This document shows, piece by piece, positions 44,572 to 52,568 of a stretch of DNA of 64,000 nt. The notes beneath the pieces were generated by a model. The model was not told the origin of the DNA. It did no database searches and worked only from the letters and a program-made list of their open reading frames with translations. The position numbers and the translations under genes are program-made. Position 1 is the first letter of the stretch, and each line of letters begins with the position of its first letter. The stretch comes from Chromatiales bacterium (lineage in GTDB: Bacteria > Pseudomonadota > Gammaproteobacteria > Steroidobacterales > GCA-2729495), in the NCBI GenBank assembly GCA_016789885.1, contig JAEUPZ010000027.1, positions 98-64,097 of the forward strand, given 5' to 3'.

Positions 44572-45102
44572 TCAGCCGCGGCGGCGGCGCACCAGCGGCA
44601 GCACGCCCAGCGCACCACCGAGCAGCCAGGCGGCGGCGGGCACCGGCACCGGCGAGCTGATCAGCGCGCCGTCGACGAAGGAGCGGCCGAAGGCTGCCGA
44701 CAGGCAGGCGCCGTCTTCGCAGGTGGCCTCGAAGCTCGAGCCCGCCGGGAAGAACGGGTTCGCCAGCAGCACGACGGTGCCGTCGTTGGTCAGCGGCGTG
44801 TCGAAGATCAGCTGCAGCACCGGTGAGCTCGTCAGGGCGCCGTCGGGCACGAAAGCCGCGGCGTTGCCGTCGCCGGCCAGCAGCACCTGGAACGTGCCCC
44901 CCGACAGTACCGAGCCGCCGGTGGTCACGAGGTTGATGGCCGAGAACGTGTTCGTATCGGCGTCGTAGATGAACGAGCCACTGGCGGCGCCGCCGTCGTC
45001 GAGCAGGCCGTCGACCAGCGTCCACACCAGCGGTGCGGCGTGGGCGGCGGGAGCCGCGGCGAGGACGAGCGAGGCGAGCAGGGCAGGGACGGTTCTTTTC
45101 AT
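44572..45102 (-). CDS. secreted protein with VPLPA/PEP-CTERM-type C-terminal sorting signal
   Basis: Start MKRTVPALLASLVLAAAPAAHA. C-terminus SPVPVPAAAWLLGGALGVLPLVRRRRG, i.e. motif + TM segment + Arg cluster. Confidence 0.8.
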   Translation of the reverse strand: MKRTVPALLASLVLAAAPAAHAAPLVWTLVDGLLDDGGAASGSFIYDADTNTFSAINLVTTGGSVLSGGTFQVLLAGDGNAAAFVPDGALTSSPVLQLIFDTPLTNDGTVVLLANPFFPAGSSFEATCEDGACLSAAFGRSFVDGALISSPVPVPAAAWLLGGALGVLPLVRRRRG

Positions 45103-45218
45103 TGTTCGGTGACCCCCGGAAGAGCAGTGAGCGCTGAGACTAGCGCGCAGTGTGCCGCGCCGTAAACCGTGACGCGCGTCGCACGCGACATAAGCGGGAA
45201 TGCTGCAGCAGCGCCGTT

Positions 45219-45248
45219 CAGGGCCGTTTGACACCCCCCGCGGGCCAC
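45219..45248 (+). promoter_or_regulatory. sigma70-like promoter candidate
   Basis: TTGACA (45219-45224), 18-nt spacer, TAGCAT (45243-45248). About 85 nt upstream of the 45332 ATG. Confidence 0.35.
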
Positions 45249-45331
45249 CCCTAGCATCGGGTCATAACAACCGTGCCGGCATCACGCTGGCCGATAACTC
45301 CACCAGCACCTCTTGAAGGGGGAAACCGACG

Positions 45332-46150
45332 ATGACGTTGCGTAGATCCAATTCACGCGCCGTGGCCACGCTGGCCGGCGGTGCCCTGCTGACGCTGGCC
45401 GCCGCGGGCACCCAGGCCCAGACGGCGGCGCAGTCCGCGCTCTACTCCAGCCAGGCCGTGCGCGACTACTGCATCGAGGCGCAGAAGGTCACCGCGAACA
45501 CGCCGCTCACGGCCATCGCCGTGAACCACAGCAGCCTCGCCGGCTTCACGCCGTCGTCGTCGGCGCCCTATGAGGGCCCGAACCTGTCGGCCTACAACGC
45601 CAAGGGCGCCACCGGCAACGCGCTGCCGCTCACCGTGCAGTCGTGGATCAACTACCAGACCATCGCCCGCACCGGCTGGCAGTTCCCGCAGATCGTCTCG
45701 TGCAAGATGAAGGACGCCGAGGCCATCCGGTTCCACCTCGGCCAGAACAACGCCGGCGCCCAGCAGGACTGCCGCAGCGTCAACCAGTCGACCGTCGCCA
45801 AGGTCTACCAGGCCCTGACCAGCGCCGAGCAGCGCCTCGTCCGCTACCCGCAGAACAGCATCGTGTTCGACGCCGACTTCGTGACCCTGGCCGGGCCCTC
45901 CTGGCTGGGCGGCCTGCCGACCATCCGTCCGACCCTGGTCTACCTCGGCAACGATGGTCTGCTGCACATCCGGTCGTCGGCCAACGCCGTCGAGCGCACC
46001 AACCCCAGCGACGCCGCGGGCCCGGACAAGAAGGGCAGCTTCTACTGCCACTTCCCGGCGCCGGAGTACATCCGCAACGTGGTGCTGGGGCAGTTCCCGG
46101 CCTGCACGTCGAACTCCTTCCCCGAGATCTGCTTCCTGCCGGCCACCTGA
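45332..46150 (+). CDS. secreted Cys-containing hypothetical protein (272 aa)
   Basis: Signal peptide ending TQAQT. Normal, Asn/Gln/Ser-rich composition that is atypical for this GC content. No sorting signal and no recognised family. Confidence 0.7.
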   Translation: MTLRRSNSRAVATLAGGALLTLAAAGTQAQTAAQSALYSSQAVRDYCIEAQKVTANTPLTAIAVNHSSLAGFTPSSSAPYEGPNLSAYNAKGATGNALPLTVQSWINYQTIARTGWQFPQIVSCKMKDAEAIRFHLGQNNAGAQQDCRSVNQSTVAKVYQALTSAEQRLVRYPQNSIVFDADFVTLAGPSWLGGLPTIRPTLVYLGNDGLLHIRSSANAVERTNPSDAAGPDKKGSFYCHFPAPEYIRNVVLGQFPACTSNSFPEICFLPAT

Positions 46151-46286
46151 TGGTCGACCTGGGGCGCAGAGCTAACAGGCTGTTGTTGAAGGAATTTGCG
46201 TGGTCCGGCACGGCGGCGGCACAGGTGAGGGTCAGGAATGCCATGAGTCGCGTCACAGAAAGGCGCGCTTTATGTCAAACCTGTCC

Positions 46287-46314
46287 TTGCCTGTACCTTA
46301 CGCCTGTGTAATAT
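46287..46314 (+). promoter_or_regulatory. sigma70-like promoter candidate
   Basis: TTGCCT, 16-nt spacer, TAATAT. It would give a 5-prime leader of about 170 nt for the 46492 gene. Confidence 0.3.
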
Positions 46315-46491
46315 CAACGCGCCGATAAGGAAAAAAGCCAAACCCGGTGCAAGCCGGGGGCGGAACGCCACGGATCTTGCCTTCAGCCTGACTTGAGATC
46401 AGACGAGGGTGACTAGGGGAAGACAGCCGGGCTGCCCTCGAACGGTACAAAACAAGAACGCCTTCTCGCACAAACGACGTTTGGAGGATTT

Positions 46492-47532
46492 ATGAAGAAG
46501 CTACAACTTGCGGCTGCGGTCGCTGCCCTGGGTCTGTCGGCCCAGGCATTCGGCGCCGTTACCGCAGACGTCCAGTTCCACTGGGCGACGGATGGCCTGG
46601 CCCGCGGCTGGACTTCCTCGGCGGCCAACAGCCTGCCGTCGATGACCAACGGCACCTACTTCAGCGACCTGGCTGGCAACAACTCGACCACGTACTACAA
46701 CCCTGACTTCGCCAAGGCCGGCGACGCCACGGGCTGGTGCGGTCCGGGCACCGAGGCCTTCCAGGCCCAGTACGCGTGCAAGATCAGCACGAACACGCCC
46801 ATCAACGATGTCGGTCCGGGCGCCAAGGCCACCGGCCAGCTGACCGTCACGGCGACGACGCTGACCGGCACGCTCACCGTCATCAACACCAATGACGAGG
46901 GCGCGGGTCCGCAGCCGGGCACCAGCATCGCGACGGGCTACAACGTCCGCAGCGCCGACGGCTCGCCCTTCAAGAACGTGTGGTACGGCGTCAGCAACCA
47001 GATGACGCTGACCGTCAACCTGACGGGCATCTTCACTGCCACGAACTGGGACATCAACGGCGGCACGGTCGGCTTCTTCGACCCGGCCTTCCAGTGCGGT
47101 GTCGCTGACTTCAGCGGCGTGCTCTGCAACCCGAGCACCGTCGGTGGCGGCTTCCAGGCCAACGGCCAGATGCTCTCCTGGGGCATGGCCCAGGGCACCG
47201 GTGCCGGCACGGGCGTGAGCACCATCAACGTGTTCGACCCGACCGGTGCAACGAAGGTCGCCGAGCTGTCCGGCATCCTCGCCTCGCTGACGATCGATGG
47301 CGCTGGCAACCTCACGACCGTCAAGGGCGAGACCCGCGTGGGTTCCGGCTCGGGCGGCGGCGGCTGCGCCACCTCGATTCGCTGGAGCGCCGCTGCCGGC
47401 ATCACCTGCGGCACGCTGGCCATCCGCAAGCTGGAGATCACCGGTACGGTCGTTCCCGTCCCGGCCGCTGCCTGGCTGTTCGGCTCGGCGCTGGGCCTGC
47501 TGGGTGTTGCCCGCCGCAAGCTGGCTGCCTGA
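46492..47532 (+). CDS. secreted protein with VPLPA/PEP-CTERM-type sorting signal (346 aa)
   Basis: GGAGGA RBS. Signal peptide MKKLQLAAAVAALGLSAQAFG. Thr/Gly/Asn-rich body. C-terminus VVPVPAAAWLFGSALGLLGVARRKLAA. Confidence 0.85.
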   Translation: MKKLQLAAAVAALGLSAQAFGAVTADVQFHWATDGLARGWTSSAANSLPSMTNGTYFSDLAGNNSTTYYNPDFAKAGDATGWCGPGTEAFQAQYACKISTNTPINDVGPGAKATGQLTVTATTLTGTLTVINTNDEGAGPQPGTSIATGYNVRSADGSPFKNVWYGVSNQMTLTVNLTGIFTATNWDINGGTVGFFDPAFQCGVADFSGVLCNPSTVGGGFQANGQMLSWGMAQGTGAGTGVSTINVFDPTGATKVAELSGILASLTIDGAGNLTTVKGETRVGSGSGGGGCATSIRWSAAAGITCGTLAIRKLEITGTVVPVPAAAWLFGSALGLLGVARRKLAA

Positions 47533-47549
47533 GCCTGACGACAACGGCA

Positions 47550-47579
47550 TCGTTGCTGGCGGGTGACCGCCAGCGACGA
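47550..47579 (+). other. 3-prime-UTR stem-loop 1 (position conserved in three paralogous loci)
   Basis: TCGTTGCTGGCGG gtga CCGCCAGCGACGA. It sits between the stop codon and the terminator. Confidence 0.55.
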
Positions 47580-47595
47580 CCGCCGCGAGACCCGA

Positions 47596-47627
47596 AAAGC
47601 CCCGCCTTGGCGGGGCTTTTCTTTTTC
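47596..47627 (+). terminator. intrinsic terminator
   Basis: AAAGCCCCGCC ttgg CGGGGCTTTTCTTTTTCT. Confidence 0.8.
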
Positions 47628-48047
47628 TGCGGCCGGCACCTCGCTGGGTTCCGCCGCGGCCACGACGACCGTGCCGGCTCCAGTTCCCGACAGCCACCGC
47701 CGCTGCAACGGCCGGGTTGCCCGCCCGATTGTGCGAACCACCGCACGGAAACGGCGCCCAAATCGCCCGCATTTGACGTTAACCCCGAACGAGCTGGGCG
47801 TTACGTCGCGTTGCGCTTTCTTTGCTACATGACAGCGCTGTAACGTCGGTCCCCAATGAGAGACCGCGGACGCGCCAGCTCTTCGGAGACGGTTCGTACC
47901 AGGCGATAAGGTCCCGCTGCCGAACGAAGGCCCCGAGAGGCCAGGGTTGCCGGCAGAAGTGTTGGGAACGTGGGGGACCCCAGGGCCGGACTCTCATCGC
48001 GACGACAACAACAGCCTTCCGTCAAGAAAACCAAAAGGAAAAGACTC

Positions 48048-48794
48048 ATGAAACCTGCCAACAAGCTGGCCATTGCCGCCGCGCTGACCGCGGTCTCAGG
48101 CCTGGCCAACGCCGCCATCGTCAACTACACGATCACCGGGGGTAACTGGGATTCGATCTCGCAGTGGACCGCCCAGGCCAGTGGCGCGCCCAGTGCCTTC
48201 GTGTACGACAACGGCGAGGTTCCCCCCTGCATCAACTGCGGCCCCCAGCCCGCGCTGATCTGGGCCGGCACGCCTCCTCCGGCCATGACCGGTACGTATG
48301 GCGGCACGATCGCGGTTGACACCTCCAGCAACGCCGTCGTCGGTGGGTCCCTGGTCGTCACGGGTACCATCGCCGACATGGTCGTGGTCGGCACGACCTG
48401 GTGGGTGCGTGAGTACAACAACCTCACCATCAACTTCGCGACGAACACGGCCACCACCAGCGGCGCTGTCGGCTGCTACGGCACCATCTTCGCGCCGGTC
48501 GGCTGCGGCCCGGCGGTCGTCAATGCCGGCACCACGACCAGCATCTTCGGCCCGCGGGCGGGCAACGCCAGCCAGGCGACTGATGGATCGGGCACGCCGT
48601 TTGCGGCTGCCACCTTCGACGTGAACACGGGTCTGCTGCAGGTCTTCCGCGACGGCCGGCGTTCCGACGCCATCAATGGCACGGACGTGCTGAACCGCTT
48701 CACGCTGCAGGTCGTCCCCGTGCCGGCCGCTGCCTGGCTCTTCGGCTCGGCCCTCGGTCTGCTGGGCGTGGCCCGCCGCAAGCTGGCTGCCTGA
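48048..48794 (+). CDS. secreted protein with VPLPA/PEP-CTERM-type sorting signal (248 aa, paralog A)
   Basis: Start MKPANKLAIAAALTAVSGLANA. Same C-terminus VVPVPAAAWLFGSALGLLGVARRKLAA. Collinear with the 49103 paralog. Confidence 0.85.
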   Translation: MKPANKLAIAAALTAVSGLANAAIVNYTITGGNWDSISQWTAQASGAPSAFVYDNGEVPPCINCGPQPALIWAGTPPPAMTGTYGGTIAVDTSSNAVVGGSLVVTGTIADMVVVGTTWWVREYNNLTINFATNTATTSGAVGCYGTIFAPVGCGPAVVNAGTTTSIFGPRAGNASQATDGSGTPFAAATFDVNTGLLQVFRDGRRSDAINGTDVLNRFTLQVVPVPAAAWLFGSALGLLGVARRKLAA

Positions 48795-48806
48795 GCCTGA
48801 CGATAA

Positions 48807-48846
48807 CGGCGGCCGTGGTGGTGCGTCCCCCGCCCACCTCGGCCGC
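48807..48846 (+). other. 3-prime-UTR stem-loop 1 (paralog A locus)
   Basis: GGCGGCCGTGGTGG (12-nt loop) CCACCTCGGCCGCC, with one mismatch. Confidence 0.55.
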
Positions 48847-48858
48847 CGCGAGACCCGG

Positions 48859-48888
48859 AAAGCCCCGCCTCGGCGGGGCTTTTCTCTT
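48859..48888 (+). terminator. intrinsic terminator
   Basis: AAAGCCCCGCC tcgg CGGGGCTTTTCTCTTTC. Confidence 0.8.
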
Positions 48889-49102
48889 TCAGCGGCTGCC
48901 GGAGGGGAGGGGTCTCTCGACACCCCTGCAGCCGGTTTGACTTAACGGGGAAAAATCCCGTCCGTTACGTTGCATCGGCCTTCCCGGAACATGACCAGCC
49001 CGTAAGGTCTCCTTCAAGAGAGACCGGGCGTGGGGCCCGTGAATCTCTCAGGCACAGAACAACAACAGCCTGCGACCCAATAAAACTATAAGGACGTAAC
49101 CC

Positions 49103-49852
49103 ATGAAGACTGCCAACAAGCTCGTGGTTGCTGCGGCGCTGACGGCCATCAGCGGCCTCGCCAACGCAGCCATCGTCGAGTACACCATTTTCGGTGGCAA
49201 CTGGGATTCCATCACCCAGTGGAGCACCCAGGCCAACGGCGCGCCCAGCACCTTCGTCTACGACAACGGCGAGCTCCCGGGCTGCGTGGGCTTTCCGCCT
49301 GCCCTCAACTGCTGGAGCGGCGCGGCGCCCGGCCCGATGAACGGCACCTACGGCGGCAGCCTGCTGGTCGACTCGGCCACGAATGCCGTGGTCGGCGGCA
49401 AGCTCGAAGTCACCGGCGCCATCGCCGACGCGGTGGTCGTGGGAACGACCTGGTGGGTGCGTCAGTTCAACAACCTGACCATCGACTTCGACACTGGCGT
49501 GGCGACCACCACGAGCAACCAGTGCTATGCCACCATCTCGGCGCCGATCGGCTGCTTTGCCGTGATCAACGCGAACTCCCACACGGGCATCTTCGCGCCG
49601 CTGACGGGTATCGCGAGCCAGAACCCGAACGGCGCGGGCGGCACGCCGTACCTGGGTGCGTCGTTCGCCACCTTCGACGCGACCTCGGGCGTGCTGCAGC
49701 TGTTCCGCAACGGCCGTAACCCGGTCGCAACCAACGGGACGGACGTGCTGAACCGCTTCACGCTGCAGATCGTCCCGGTGCCGGCCGCCGCCTGGCTGTT
49801 CGGTTCCGCGCTGGGCCTGCTGGGCCTTGCCCGCCGCAAGCTCGCCGCCTGA
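49103..49852 (+). CDS. secreted protein with VPLPA/PEP-CTERM-type sorting signal (249 aa, paralog B)
   Basis: MKTANKLVVAAALTAISGLANA. Long identical blocks shared with paralog A (GGNWDSI.QW, TTWWVR..NNLTI.F, GTDVLNRFTLQ). C-terminus IVPVPAAAWLFGSALGLLGLARRKLAA. Confidence 0.85.
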   Translation: MKTANKLVVAAALTAISGLANAAIVEYTIFGGNWDSITQWSTQANGAPSTFVYDNGELPGCVGFPPALNCWSGAAPGPMNGTYGGSLLVDSATNAVVGGKLEVTGAIADAVVVGTTWWVRQFNNLTIDFDTGVATTTSNQCYATISAPIGCFAVINANSHTGIFAPLTGIASQNPNGAGGTPYLGASFATFDATSGVLQLFRNGRNPVATNGTDVLNRFTLQIVPVPAAAWLFGSALGLLGLARRKLAA

Positions 49853-49865
49853 CGCTGACGACAAC

Positions 49866-49905
49866 GGCCGCCGTGGTGGTGCGTCCCCCGCCCACCACGG
49901 CCGCC
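49866..49905 (+). other. 3-prime-UTR stem-loop 1 (paralog B locus)
   Basis: GGCCGCCGTGGTGG (12-nt loop) CCACCACGGCCGCC. Confidence 0.55.
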
Positions 49906-49916
49906 GCGAGACCCGG

Positions 49917-49947
49917 AAAGCCCCGCCTTGGCGGGGCTTTTCGTTTC
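49917..49947 (+). terminator. intrinsic terminator
   Basis: AAAGCCCCGCC ttgg CGGGGCTTTTCGTTTCT. Confidence 0.8.
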
Positions 49948-50116
49948 TGTGCCTTACCGATCGGTAATCCATTTCTGTACCCAATCGATGTCTGCCGCCG
50001 GAGCCCGGGTGGCAGAATCCGGCCTCACCGTTGCCGGCCCCCGGGGCCGCGCAGGGTGCAGAACAGCGAACTCGAACACCCGTCCGGCGGCCGTGCCGGG
50101 CGGCCAAGGGAAGCCG

Positions 50117-52534
50117 ATGGTCCAGCGTGTGCGTGGTGCGTGGTGGGTGGTGCCCCTGGCGGCGGCCGCCCTCGTGGTGGGCTGTGCAGCGCCTGAGGAG
50201 CGGGCCGCCGGCTACGCCAGCAAGGCGGTGGAGTACCTGGCCCAGGGTGACCGCGAGAAGGCGAAGCTCGAGGCCCGCAACGCCCTGCAGCTGGCGCCGA
50301 AGAACGTGCCGGCCCGCTACGTGCTGGCCCAGATCGCCGAGGCCGACGGCGAGCTCGGGCAGATGCTGGGCCACCTCGAGGTGGTCATCGCCGAAGACCC
50401 CACCCACGTGCCGTCGCGGCTGACGCTGGCGAAGCTGCTGATCTTTTCCCAGGACTACGCCGGTGCGCAGACCCTGCTCGACCAGCTCGACAAGCTGGCG
50501 CCGAATGACCCCGCCTACCGCCTGCTGCTGGCCCGGCAGAAGTTCCAGCAGAACGATCTGCCCGGCGGCCTTGCCATCCTCGACCAGGTCGTTGCCGACC
50601 AGCCGCAGAACGCCGAAGCGGCGCTGCTGCGGGGCATGGCCATCTCGACCCAGGACCTGCCCCGGGCCCTGGCCGAGCTCGACGCGTCGGCGGCCCGGCT
50701 CGACAAGGACGCCGCCCAGCCCCTGCGCCAGGCCCGCATCGACATCCTCGCCCGGCTCGACGACCAGGCCGGCGTCGAGCGCGAGCTGCGGGCCCTGGTG
50801 GCGGATTTCCCCGGCGGCGCCTACGCCCGCGACCTGGCCAGCTACCTTGCCGCCCAGGGCCGCCTCGACGAGGCCGAGCAGGCGCTGCGCCAGGCCATCG
50901 CGGCCGACCCGGCCAACTTCGACCTGAAGTTCGCGCTGGCCCAGTTCATATCGCGCTCGCGCAACCAGCCGGCGGCGGCCGAGGCAACCCTCAAGGAGTT
51001 CATCGCCGCCGCGCCCGACGAGCCGCGCCTGTCGGTGCTGCTCGGCACCTTTTACGAGGCCAGCGACCGCCCCGCCGAGGCCCTGGCCCAGTACCAGGTG
51101 GTGGCCGGCAAGGACCCGCGCAGCGACACGGGCTACGAGGCCCGCGCCCGCATCGCGGCCCTGGAACTCGCCGCCGGCAAGCCGGCCGAGGCCCGGACGG
51201 CCTACGACCGGATCCTGGAAGACGCCCCGGACAACGTCGGGGCCCTGCAGGGCCGGGGCGAGCTGAACCTCGCCGAGCGCCGCTACGACGACGCCATTGC
51301 CGACCTGCGTGGCGTGCTGCGCAAGGAGCCGGAACGCCCGGCCGCGCTGCTGGCGCTCGCCCGGGCCCACGTCGGGCGGGGCGACAGCACGCTCGCCCAG
51401 GACGCCTACCGCCGCCTGCTCGATGCGAATCCGGCCGAGGTCGAGGGCCGCACCGAGCTCGGCGTGCTGCTGCAGTCCGCGGGACGGCTCGACGAGGCCG
51501 AAGCCCTGTTCCGCGACGCACTCAAGGCCCAGCCCAACTACGTGCCGGCCGCGAGCGGCGTCATCGAGGTGCTCATTGCCCGCGGCGACCTGAAGGCCGC
51601 CGAGGCCGAGGCCCGCAAGCTCGTGGCGCTGAACGATGCCCGGGGCATCGGCCAGATCCAGCTCGGCAAGGTGCTGCAGGGGCAGGGCGAGCACCCGGGC
51701 GCCATCGCGGCCTACCGCGCCGCGCTGCTGAAGGACCCGTCGTCGATCATCGCCCTGCGCGGGGTCGTCGGTTCGCTCACCCTCACCAACCAGCTCGAGG
51801 CGGCCAGCCGCGAGATCGAGAAGTTCCTGCAGAAGAGCGAGGCTGGCGCCGGCAAGGTCGACGCCGAGGTGCTGCTGGCGGGCAACCTGGTCCGGCGGCA
51901 GCAGCTCGAGGCGGCCCGCGAGGCGGCCGAGCGCGCCCTCGCACTCAGTCCCACCGACTCGCGGGCGTACATCCTGCTGGCCAGCACCTACCCGCAGGAT
52001 CCCGCCGCCCGCGAGCGCGTGCTGCTCCGGGGCATCGAGGCCGAGCCCCGGGCCGGCGACCTGTGGCATCTGCTGGCCGGCGACTACCTCCAGGCCGGCC
52101 GCACCGATGACGCCATCGCGTTGTACGAGCGGGGCGTCAAGGCGGCGCCGCGGAACCTGGCCCTCGCCAACAACCTGGCCGCGCTGCTGCTGGACGCCCG
52201 CACCGACGAGGCCAGCCTGAAGCGGGCCCTGGAGCTGGCCCGGCCCTTTGGCGACAGCCGCAGCGCCGACGGCCTCGACACCCTGGGCTGGGCCCACTAC
52301 CGGCTCAAGGACTACCCCCAGGCCGTGCAGTACCTCGAGCGGGCCCTGGCGCTGGAAAGTGCCAACCCCATCATCCGCTACCACCTGGGGATGGCGTACA
52401 AATTTGCCAATAACCCGGTGGGGGCCACCCAGCAGCTCGAGCAGGCGCTCGCCACGGGTGGCGACGGCTTCCCCGGGGCGCGCGAGGCCCGCGCCGCCCT
52501 CGACGAGCTGCGCCGTACCGCAACCCCCGGCTGA
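50117..52534 (+). CDS. PrsT-like TPR-repeat lipoprotein (exosortase-system associated), copy 1
   Basis: Start MVQRVRGAWWVVPLAAAALVVGC (lipobox). 805 aa of TPR repeats. N-terminus collinear with copy 2 (EERAA.Y...A......G...KAKLEA.NA.Q..PK...ARY.LAQIAE). Confidence 0.8.
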   Translation: MVQRVRGAWWVVPLAAAALVVGCAAPEERAAGYASKAVEYLAQGDREKAKLEARNALQLAPKNVPARYVLAQIAEADGELGQMLGHLEVVIAEDPTHVPSRLTLAKLLIFSQDYAGAQTLLDQLDKLAPNDPAYRLLLARQKFQQNDLPGGLAILDQVVADQPQNAEAALLRGMAISTQDLPRALAELDASAARLDKDAAQPLRQARIDILARLDDQAGVERELRALVADFPGGAYARDLASYLAAQGRLDEAEQALRQAIAADPANFDLKFALAQFISRSRNQPAAAEATLKEFIAAAPDEPRLSVLLGTFYEASDRPAEALAQYQVVAGKDPRSDTGYEARARIAALELAAGKPAEARTAYDRILEDAPDNVGALQGRGELNLAERRYDDAIADLRGVLRKEPERPAALLALARAHVGRGDSTLAQDAYRRLLDANPAEVEGRTELGVLLQSAGRLDEAEALFRDALKAQPNYVPAASGVIEVLIARGDLKAAEAEARKLVALNDARGIGQIQLGKVLQGQGEHPGAIAAYRAALLKDPSSIIALRGVVGSLTLTNQLEAASREIEKFLQKSEAGAGKVDAEVLLAGNLVRRQQLEAAREAAERALALSPTDSRAYILLASTYPQDPAARERVLLRGIEAEPRAGDLWHLLAGDYLQAGRTDDAIALYERGVKAAPRNLALANNLAALLLDARTDEASLKRALELARPFGDSRSADGLDTLGWAHYRLKDYPQAVQYLERALALESANPIIRYHLGMAYKFANNPVGATQQLEQALATGGDGFPGAREARAALDELRRTATPG

Positions 52535-52568
52535 CCCCTACACCCCCGCAGGCACCAACGGCCCCACC

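Noticed and set aside
46366-46381. Sigma54-like element CGCCACGGATCTTGCC upstream of the 46492 sorting-signal gene. PEP-CTERM genes are RpoN-dependent in some bacteria.
   Set aside because: The essential -24 GG is GC here. The corresponding regions of the two paralog genes lack a GG-N10-GC match (48.9 kb) or have only a weak one (TGGGCG-N5-TCGC at 47.79 kb).
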